Shown piece after piece: positions 56,831 through 64,000 of a stretch of DNA of 64,000 bases (position 1 is the first letter of the stretch; the number at the start of each line of letters is the position of its first letter). Source of the stretch: Bacillota bacterium. Its GTDB lineage: Bacteria > Bacillota > Limnochordia > DTU087. The stretch covers positions 2,316 through 66,315 of the forward strand of contig JAAZMR010000046.1 of assembly GCA_012798695.1 (NCBI GenBank), read 5' to 3'. Below the pieces are notes generated by a model that saw only the letters and a program-made list of their open reading frames with translations, did no database searches and was not told the DNA's origin. The position numbers and the translations under genes are program-made.

Positions 56831-57373
56831 TTATTGTGCTTCTTGGCTCGCAAGACTTCTTCTGTAAGCCCCATAGCCTTTGATGATGTAATGTAAGAGC
56901 AGGGCATGGATAGGCACTTGGATTATGCTTGCTAATAGACGCGATGGCAGCAGAATCCATACGGCCTTATTGGATAGGATAGCGAGCCAAACCGTATTCA
57001 GCGTGGAGACTACGAGGCCCCTGACCAGGGTCGCCAGCAGCACCGGCCAAAAGCCATAGGCCTTTTCCCGGGGGAACAGCCGCAAGATCATGACCGGTAT
57101 CAGGCCACTCATAGCAGCACTTAGGGTAAAACCCGGGAAATAGGGACCAATTGGAAACAGAACAGCACCGATCAGGTCAGCCAAAGCTCCAGTCAAAGCC
57201 CCAGCAGCCGGGCCCAGCAAGATTCCAGACAACATCACAGGCAGGTTGCCAAAACTCACCCTAATGGCCTGGATACCGGCAAAGGGGATCATCACCCCTA
57301 GAAAGCGGGTGAAGACCACGCTGATACCTACCAAAAGCCCAATGGTTGTCATCTTTTTGGTAGAAACGCGCAC
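56831..57373 (-). CDS. folT: Folate ECF transporter S component FolT
   Basis: RVSFG.LPV.LSGILLGP, ADLIG...P.GPYFPGFTLSA, LNT.WL, SRL; THF riboswitch upstream; GTG 57373 after GGGAGG. Confidence 0.92.
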   Translation of the reverse strand: MRVSTKKMTTIGLLVGISVVFTRFLGVMIPFAGIQAIRVSFGNLPVMLSGILLGPAAGALTGALADLIGAVLFPIGPYFPGFTLSAAMSGLIPVMILRLFPREKAYGFWPVLLATLVRGLVVSTLNTVWLAILSNKAVWILLPSRLLASIIQVPIHALLLHYIIKGYGAYRRSLASQEAQ

Positions 57374-57443
57374 AGCAAAATACCTCCCTTCTTCGGTGAG
57401 CGCGCACACCACACCGAAGCCGGAAGGCACCCAGTTTCGAAGT

Positions 57444-57538
57444 GATAGCGGACGCGACACTGTACCGCGGGCCGGAGGCCCTTCGTCCACAGGCAACTTC
57501 CCATCCTGTGGCACTTAACGCACAGCATCTACTCTACC
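57444..57538 (-). ncRNA. THF (tetrahydrofolate) riboswitch
   Basis: Minus strand AGAGTAG...TGCGTTAAGTG...GGATGGGAAGTTGCC...ACGAA...GCGGTA...TCGCGTCCGCT matches the class-I THF aptamer pattern and lies 5' of folT. Confidence 0.92.
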
Positions 57539-57667
57539 ATGTATTAGGCTTTCTTCCCCTTCATTGTAGGTGAGAATCGTGATCGTGTCAAATCCGATCA
57601 ACCCTGATTGTTCCAGATCATCTTCTCCACCCTTAGCCGTGCCTCCGCGAACAGCCACAATCATCGC

Positions 57668-58345
57668 CTACGCCAGGGCCTTCAGTTGATCGAGGTTAGT
57701 CACCACCAGACGCTCGGAAAGGTCAAGTACATCCTGAGCAACCAATGACCGCAAGGCGGCTATCATTTCACCCTCCCGGGCACCGATAGCTGCTTGGATA
57801 TCAGCTACCTGCAGTGGATAGTCGATCACTAAGCCACCGGCACTGATTATACCCCGATGGAGTGCCAATCCCAGCAAATAGCGGGCCAGACGCACTTGCA
57901 GAGGTTGGCGATACAGCTCTGATACAGGGTTTCTCTGTGAAGCAAGGGCTGCTGTGTTTTCCAAAATCTGCCACAAGGTCTCTGGACGGGATTTGATATA
58001 CTGTGCGAAAGCCAATTTGTCCAGCTTTAACAATCTGCTGGGATAAAGAGCCATCAGCCAGTGAGATGTAAAAGCCGGGCCAAAAAGGGCAAGCTCCTCC
58101 AAACAGCTGCCGTCAGCAAAGATGTCCAAAGTGGTCTCCCAGCCCTTGCTCTCCTCCACGAGCTTCACCAAGCCCTCGTCCACTATCAATAGACCCTCTC
58201 CCGCTTCACCCCGCAGATCGAGTTTGTCTCCAGTGGATAGCTCCAGATATCGCATCAGCCCGATAATCTCCAACAGCTCTTCGTCAGGCACCTGCTGCCA
58301 AAGAGCAAGGCCTCGTAATACAGCCATTACCCTTGTATCAGACAA
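57668..58345 (-). CDS. Crp/Fnr family transcriptional regulator
   Basis: cNMP-binding beta-barrel (GLVKL, EELALF), RLARYLL dimerisation helix, C-terminal HTH; AAGGAGG SD; no Fnr Cys cluster. Confidence 0.85.
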   Translation of the reverse strand: MSDTRVMAVLRGLALWQQVPDEELLEIIGLMRYLELSTGDKLDLRGEAGEGLLIVDEGLVKLVEESKGWETTLDIFADGSCLEELALFGPAFTSHWLMALYPSRLLKLDKLAFAQYIKSRPETLWQILENTAALASQRNPVSELYRQPLQVRLARYLLGLALHRGIISAGGLVIDYPLQVADIQAAIGAREGEMIAALRSLVAQDVLDLSERLVVTNLDQLKALA

Positions 58346-58371
58346 ACGTGTCCCTCCTTTTCACTTGCGCC

Positions 58372-59313
58372 TCACCTGTGGCGACAGACTCTTACCTGTT
58401 CAACCAATTCTTCTACAGTTGCCCATTCTGGGGGCTCTGTCCCCCGGGTTGTGGCCGCAGCAGCACCGGCTGCCATAGCCCAACACATAGCCTCAGCAAG
58501 ATCCTTACCTTCCCTAAGGGCCCAAACCATTCCCGCCAGAGTACTATCTCCACAGCCCACCGTGGTCTGCGCCACCACTTCTGGAGGTATCCCTTGCCAG
58601 ATTTGGCCTTTATGCCCCAGGAACCCTCCAGCTTTACCGAGGGTGAGCAAAACATAGTCAATCCCTCGCTGAGCTAGCTCCCCTACCGCAGCTACCGCAC
58701 CGGCCTCATCCCGGAGCTCCCAACCCAACACCTGTGCCGCTTCTGTCTCATTGGGCTTGATCAGATCAGGCCCAGCCTCCAGCCCTGCCCGTAGGCCAAT
58801 CCCGCTGGCATCTAGAGCTACCCTAGCCCCTTTGCTTTTCGCAGTCTCGATCAAACCAGCATAAAAGTCCTGAGGAGTGCCTGGTGGAACACTGCCGGAG
58901 ATCACTACCCAATCCCACTCAGAAGCTTTACTGGACACCTTAGCTTGTAGTTCCTGCAATTCCTCTTCTGTGACCATGGGTCCGGGTTCATTGATCTCGG
59001 TCACACATTTGTCCAAGACGGCCCAGACCTTCAAATTGGTGCGGGTATCGTCCTGGACTTCCACCCAATCTACAGATATGTCCAGCTCCTCCAGACGCTT
59101 GACTAACCAATGGCCACTGTTGCCCCCTACCATGGTCAAGGCTTCCGTGGGCTGGCCCCAACGACTGAGGGCTCGGGAAACATTGATCCCCTTACCCGAG
59201 GGCTGTTCGAGCTTGTTTTTGACCCGATTTAGACCACCCACTACCAGGTGATCTAGTTCCAGTGTCCGATCAATGCAGGGGTTAAGGGTTACTGTTGCAA
59301 TCAATACAATCAC
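58372..59313 (-). CDS. 1-phosphofructokinase family hexose kinase (PfkB/FruK)
   Basis: TVTLNP.ID, GKGINVS, TRTN, NEPGP, SGSVPPG, KPNE.E, TVGCGDS. Confidence 0.92.
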   Translation of the reverse strand: MIVLIATVTLNPCIDRTLELDHLVVGGLNRVKNKLEQPSGKGINVSRALSRWGQPTEALTMVGGNSGHWLVKRLEELDISVDWVEVQDDTRTNLKVWAVLDKCVTEINEPGPMVTEEELQELQAKVSSKASEWDWVVISGSVPPGTPQDFYAGLIETAKSKGARVALDASGIGLRAGLEAGPDLIKPNETEAAQVLGWELRDEAGAVAAVGELAQRGIDYVLLTLGKAGGFLGHKGQIWQGIPPEVVAQTTVGCGDSTLAGMVWALREGKDLAEAMCWAMAAGAAAATTRGTEPPEWATVEELVEQVRVCRHR

Positions 59314-59589
59314 CTGCCCGGGTTCTCTTTGTCATCCGCTTATAGAGATAGATTACACCAAGAATCTGTGACTTTGCGGTCATAGGGTACTAAAAGGTAT
59401 TCGTACAGATAATGTGGAATTGTTATCTAATGGCAAGATTCCCCGCACATCACGGGAAAACCTGCTGCGGGGGGTTCCTAGCGGGAAACAATGACATCGA
59501 GATGAGCTTCACAGTCAGCTCGCAATTTGCACTGGCACATGCCTAAGGCTCTAGTAGTACGTGGTCACGCAACTGTGAGGAGGGTAAAC

Positions 59590-61119
59590 ATGAGCTGCAT
59601 GATTGGAATTGATATTGGTACCAGTGGAGTGAAGACGTTAGTTGTCACAGAAACGGGGAAAATAGTGGCTCAGGCCACAGCAGAATACCCATTATATCAC
59701 CCTAAGGCCGGCTGGGCAGAACAAGACCCAGAAGATTGGTGGCAAGCAACTCTAACGACCTTAAAGAAGATCGGTGAAGATTTGGGCAGTGACGCAGACA
59801 GAGTAAAAGCCATCGGCCTTTCCGGTCAGATGCATGGCTCCGTCTTTCTGGATAAATCGGGTAATGTCCTGCGTCCGGCTATCCTTTGGTGTGATGTACG
59901 CACTGCCGATCAATGCCGTTATATTACAGAAACAGTGGGCAGAGACGAACTGATCCGCCACACTTCCAACCCAGCTTTGGAGGGCTTTACAGCTCCGAAA
60001 ATCGTTTGGCTGCAGCAAAACGAACCCGATGTCTATCGACAGGTAGCCAAAGTGCTGCTGCCTAAAGACTATGTACGCTATCGGCTTACAGGTGAAATTT
60101 TCACAGAGATGTCAGATGCCGCCGGCAGTCTGTTACTTGATGTGACTCACCGGCGCTGGTCGGAGCCGGTTCTCCAAGCCTTGAATATTGACCCAGAGAT
60201 CCTGCCTGAATGTCGGGAGTCGATCGATGTCTGTGGCACTCTGACCCAGCAAGTTGCCGAGTCTACCGGCTTGCCTGCCGGCATTCCCGTAGCCGGAGGC
60301 GGTGCCGATAATGCCTGTGGTGCTACCGGAGCGGGCATCGTCCGTCCCGGGCGTGTACTTTCCAGCATAGGCTCATCTGGTGTGATTGTTGTCCATACAG
60401 ATCAGCCGCAGACTGATCCCCAAGGCAAAGTCCATACCTTTAACCATGCTATCCCCCACAGATGGTATGTGATGGGTGTAATCATGGCGGCCGGGCTTTC
60501 CCTAAAGTGGTTCAGAGATAATCTGGGCCATCTGGAAAAGCAAATGGAAAGCCTAACCGGTACCGATGCCTATGACTTAATGAGTGCACAGGCTGCCCCT
60601 ACACCTCCCGGAGCAGAGGGTCTTGTCTTCCTGCCCTATCTCAATGGTGAGAGAACTCCCCATGCCGATGCCTATGCCCGAGGCGTTTTCTTCGGCCTTA
60701 CTCCCCGCCATACTCGGGGTCACCTAATTAGAGCCGTCATGGAAGGCGTCGTCTATGCTCTCAGAGATTCCGTGGAGATTATCCGGGCCATGGGGATTCC
60801 GATCGAACAGGTGCGGGCAATTGGTGGTGGAGCCAAGAGCCCACTTTGGAGGCAGATGCAGGCTGATATTATGCAGTTGGAAGTAGCTACGTTGAATATT
60901 GACGAAGGACCGGCTTTCGGAGCCGCCCTCCTGGCGGGTGTCTGTGCCCAAGTCTACAGTAGTGTCGAAGAGGCTGCAGAGAATACGGTCCGGATCGTGC
61001 ATACTACTGAACCAAATCGGGACCTAACCAGGCTGTACGATGATTACTATCAGCTGTTCCGCTCCCTGTACCCGGCACTCAAAGACCGTTTCCGAGAGGC
61101 TGCCCAACTGGAAATATAA
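59590..61119 (+). CDS. xylB: Xylulokinase
   Basis: GIDIGTSG.K, EQDPEDWW, GLSGQMHG, RPAILW.D.R, LLPKDY, SDAAG, GGADNA, PYLNGERTPH; start refined to ATG 59590 (GAGGAGG). Confidence 0.92.
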   Translation: MSCMIGIDIGTSGVKTLVVTETGKIVAQATAEYPLYHPKAGWAEQDPEDWWQATLTTLKKIGEDLGSDADRVKAIGLSGQMHGSVFLDKSGNVLRPAILWCDVRTADQCRYITETVGRDELIRHTSNPALEGFTAPKIVWLQQNEPDVYRQVAKVLLPKDYVRYRLTGEIFTEMSDAAGSLLLDVTHRRWSEPVLQALNIDPEILPECRESIDVCGTLTQQVAESTGLPAGIPVAGGGADNACGATGAGIVRPGRVLSSIGSSGVIVVHTDQPQTDPQGKVHTFNHAIPHRWYVMGVIMAAGLSLKWFRDNLGHLEKQMESLTGTDAYDLMSAQAAPTPPGAEGLVFLPYLNGERTPHADAYARGVFFGLTPRHTRGHLIRAVMEGVVYALRDSVEIIRAMGIPIEQVRAIGGGAKSPLWRQMQADIMQLEVATLNIDEGPAFGAALLAGVCAQVYSSVEEAAENTVRIVHTTEPNRDLTRLYDDYYQLFRSLYPALKDRFREAAQLEI

Positions 61120-61137
61120 GATAGCTTTCGCCATATC

Positions 61138-61164
61138 AAAGGAGCCCCGTCGGAGGGCTCCTTT
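61138..61164. terminator. Bidirectional terminator between xylB and the PilZ gene
   Basis: AAAGGAGCCC-CGTCGGA-GGGCTCCTTT. Confidence 0.75.
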
Positions 61165-61224
61165 ATCATCCGGAAATTATCCGAATGCCTTGCCAAGCAT
61201 ATCCTCCCCAGCGCAAGCCTTGGG

Positions 61225-61893
61225 TTATAGGATCCCCTTATTACGGCGTTCCCGCTGTTGCTGGAAGAGATAGCGAATAATTTCGTCCTGGAAGGTCGAC
61301 GCAATCTCCTCGATCTCCAATCCTACCGCTACCCGCTCTCTGTGGTCTTCTGCGATCGGTGCTTTGCGGACAACCCGGGCGATGATCGTTTCACTCATAT
61401 CCGGTAAATGCAAATCAATTAACAGGAGACTATTATGGCGCAGCTTGGGTTCATCCTCTACCCAGGCCAGCAGCCCACAGCCACTCAAGTTCTTCACCAA
61501 TCCACGCTTTTCCGGAATGGGGGGCTCTATCAACGCTTCCTCAGATTCCAGCACCACATAATCCATATTGAGCAAGACATCCAAGCGAAAGAAGGCGCGC
61601 CGATTGGCAGCCGTCAATTCGGCAGGCCATTGCACTACTAGACAGGGAATATGCCCACTGCGCCGACCCAGAACCGCGGTTTCAAACGCATAGAGACTAT
61701 CTCTATGGGCAATAGTGATCTTCACCTGATCTCCGATGCGTATCGGCTCCAGCACACCACCTCTGAGGGGGGCTGCCAGCACGATGCCACTGCCATCGAG
61801 AATCTCAATCCGACTAGGATAGCACTGTCGTTCTCCTCTAACCACTGCTTCCAGCTCTACCCGCTGATTCACTTGGATGATTTCCTCCATCAC
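61225..61893 (-). CDS. Flagellar brake protein (YcgR/MotI-like, PilZ domain)
   Basis: YcgR-N-like domain (YPSRIE), c-di-GMP motifs RRAFFR and NLSGCG, IIRYLF..QR. Start uncertain (61893, 61890 or 61944). Confidence 0.88.
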   Translation of the reverse strand: MMEEIIQVNQRVELEAVVRGERQCYPSRIEILDGSGIVLAAPLRGGVLEPIRIGDQVKITIAHRDSLYAFETAVLGRRSGHIPCLVVQWPAELTAANRRAFFRLDVLLNMDYVVLESEEALIEPPIPEKRGLVKNLSGCGLLAWVEDEPKLRHNSLLLIDLHLPDMSETIIARVVRKAPIAEDHRERVAVGLEIEEIASTFQDEIIRYLFQQQRERRNKGIL

Positions 61894-62060
61894 AGGCTGC
61901 GCACCGCCCCCGGGCGTTCTTCCCGCTCCGAAAGAAAGCGGCACTCCCTCCTTGTCTGCCTTCGCAAGATTATTCTCGGGATACCAATACAATTATACTC
62001 AAGGCTGCCAAGTTCCTCCATGGAATCAGCTAATGCTCCCGAGTTCTTACTTCAATACCC

Positions 62061-63917
62061 TCAAGGCTCACCAGTTTCCTGGTTCGCTACCAAGAGGCCT
62101 CGCTCCTGGGCAGTGGCATTGATCTCTTCCAGGCTCGCAATCGCCCACTGCATGGCCGAGGTGCTGGCCGCCGCCATAAAATAGACTTTTCCATCAGGAT
62201 AAACAGCCACCCGGCCACTGCGTCCCGCCATTTGGATCAAAGTGCGAGCATCATATAAAGAGTCATGGGCATACAAGATGATAACATCTGCTCTGGGAAT
62301 TGTGATACCCCGCTCCAAAACACTAGTACTGACCATTACCGCCGGTGCGCGCTCGGCAAAGATGATCCGTTTTTCATCTCGCTGAGGATCACGAGAATGT
62401 GTACCCAATATGGCAACCGAGGAGAGCCCCTCAGTAGTGCCGAGTTCGGTTGAGACTACTTGGCCAACTGCAGAGACCAGCCAAATGCGGGGTACGAAGA
62501 TAAAGACCCGATTACCTGCATACAAGCTTTCCCGTAATTTAACCAAGAAATCATGGGAGAGATTAAGACCGGCCTTGGTCTGAGGAGCGTTTTTGTGCAC
62601 CAGCTGACTAGGCACCTGATGATGTCTATCTATGACCAATTCGGGCACTGGCATCGGGTAACCATGATGACGCACCGGGACGGTAATCAGCTGCACAGCT
62701 CCCCGTCGTGTCGCCTGCAGCATGGTAGGTTCCGGTGTAGCCGTCATATATACCTTGAGACCCCCCGGCTTTACTGCTCGCTGAAATGCCCGGTAGAGCA
62801 TAGCTGAACCGGCATAGGGGAAAGCATCAGCTTCATCTAGGATAGCCAAATCGAAGCACCGGGAAAAACGCAAGAGCTGATGGGTTGTGGCAATGACCAA
62901 AGGCCCCATATGCTCAGGGCGAGGGGCGCCTCCATATAGGGCAGTGATCGGTATTTCGGGGAAAGCTGCTCCTGCCCGCTCAGCCAATTCCACCACCACA
63001 TCTCGCCGGGGGATGGCAAAAACCACTCTTAACCCTGCCCCCAATACCAAAGCCAGAGCCTCAAAGGCTATTTCCGTCTTCCCGGCACCACAAACTGCCC
63101 AGACAAGACATGCAGGATTATCCGGATCATCTGGCCCAATCCGCGTGGCATGATCGTGCTCCATCCCCACATAGTGTTCCAGCCATTTTCTTACCGAGGA
63201 CTTTAGCTCTGCCGCTGCATTTGTCTGGGCTCGTGTCAGTTGAAAGTCAAACTTAGGCTTTAGATCAATACGGCTCTGGTTCTGTGAGCCACCATCTAGC
63301 AACCCTCGATATAGCTCCCGGCAGCTGCGCATTTCCCCTAGGCTCCGACAACTGGGACAGACAACACAATTCTGCCTGCCACAGAGGGGGCAATCGATGC
63401 TCTCGAGCTGCAGTTTTTCCCCACAACGGCTGCAGACATGATAACCCGCCAGAGGGGAGACAATCCCCGGCCAAATACTGACTTTGCCTTCCAGGGATAG
63501 GGCTTGCAATACATCTCGTAAGGGATAGGGATTGGATGGGCTCTTTTGGTTCACTAGTGATTGAATATCATCATAGGATAGTAATCGACCCTGCAGCAGC
63601 TGTGCAACCACATCCATTACATCGTTCGGCATCTGCCCACAAGTCGCCTCAGGGGGCTCAATCAATCTAACCCCGATGTTTTGCCAGTGTCTAAACCCCT
63701 GGCGATGCAGCCACCTTCCGACAAACTGCAACCAGTGTCTGATTTCAATGGGGCAATTTCTTGAAGAAACTCCCCGCCACCTAAATAGGTTCATCCAGGA
63801 ACATATTCGGGTAAAGCGAATAACCCCAGATTGGGCAATGCCATCAGTACAGGCCTTGGCCTGTAAAGCGGCTACCACAGGAGCGGCTAGATCCACTGGC
63901 AAGGGCAACTCCGCCAC
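62061..63917 (-). CDS. comFA: ComFA competence DEAD/DEAH-box helicase
   Basis: Cys4 zinc motifs, LT.AQ, WAVCGAGKTE, PRRDVV.EL, TTHQLLRF, DEADAFPY, TATP, LERGIT, QMAGRSGR. Start uncertain. Confidence 0.9.
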   Translation of the reverse strand: MAELPLPVDLAAPVVAALQAKACTDGIAQSGVIRFTRICSWMNLFRWRGVSSRNCPIEIRHWLQFVGRWLHRQGFRHWQNIGVRLIEPPEATCGQMPNDVMDVVAQLLQGRLLSYDDIQSLVNQKSPSNPYPLRDVLQALSLEGKVSIWPGIVSPLAGYHVCSRCGEKLQLESIDCPLCGRQNCVVCPSCRSLGEMRSCRELYRGLLDGGSQNQSRIDLKPKFDFQLTRAQTNAAAELKSSVRKWLEHYVGMEHDHATRIGPDDPDNPACLVWAVCGAGKTEIAFEALALVLGAGLRVVFAIPRRDVVVELAERAGAAFPEIPITALYGGAPRPEHMGPLVIATTHQLLRFSRCFDLAILDEADAFPYAGSAMLYRAFQRAVKPGGLKVYMTATPEPTMLQATRRGAVQLITVPVRHHGYPMPVPELVIDRHHQVPSQLVHKNAPQTKAGLNLSHDFLVKLRESLYAGNRVFIFVPRIWLVSAVGQVVSTELGTTEGLSSVAILGTHSRDPQRDEKRIIFAERAPAVMVSTSVLERGITIPRADVIILYAHDSLYDARTLIQMAGRSGRVAVYPDGKVYFMAAASTSAMQWAIASLEEINATAQERGLLVANQETGEP

Positions 63918-64000
63918 AAATAGGCAGTCATAACCTCTAGTGGCGAGTAATGCTGTATCTAGGTAGGGATCATGCGTGAAGCCATAGCGAAATTGCTGGG

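Noticed and set aside
57374..57514. N-terminal extension of FolT in the ORF track
   Set aside because: It overlaps the THF riboswitch; a good SD precedes GTG 57373.
61651..62184. 177-aa plus-strand ORF and the many other short ORFs antisense to or nested in called genes
   Set aside because: Shadow frames of well-supported genes, with no SD or domain signal.
1..64000. CRISPR array, tRNA/rRNA, IS element, prophage or c-di-GMP riboswitch
   Set aside because: No regularly spaced repeats, RNA-gene signatures, transposase/integrase ORFs or GEMM motif were seen by eye; a weak instance could have been missed without a covariance-model search.

Overview
64 kb of a bacterial chromosome with no rRNA, tRNA, CRISPR array or recognisable mobile element. 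Gene content (comFA/comFC, yvyF, fliW-csrA, THF riboswitch-folT) points to an anaerobic Firmicute (Bacillota). Sugar-binding proteins without a lipobox suggest a diderm lineage such as Limnochordia (inference). Left half (1-31 kb) is a carbohydrate-catabolism region: a Gfo/Idh/MocA + TIM-barrel pair, GH31, GH3, a sulfatase, an AlkP-family enzyme, two family-5 binding proteins, a URO-D-like protein, AraC, EamA, and a GntR-LacI-led operon with two sugar ABC importers and three GH127/GH146-type enzymes. The middle (31-43 kb) is a rearranged late flagellar cluster with three sigma28 promoters, no flagellin and several non-flagellar insertions. The right part (43-64 kb) lies between comFC and comFA: a MacAB-type ABC system, an atypical [NiFe]-hydrogenase with a reduced maturation set (truncated HypF, no HypB), folT with a THF riboswitch, Crp/Fnr, PfkB, xylB and a PilZ flagellar brake. 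The most unusual signals are (i) a recurring Shine-Dalgarno / hairpin / start-codon arrangement upstream of four unrelated genes, (ii) the atypical hydrogenase module, and (iii) the URO-D-like/sulfatase/AlkP catabolic locus. All calls come from manual motif reading; no database search was run.
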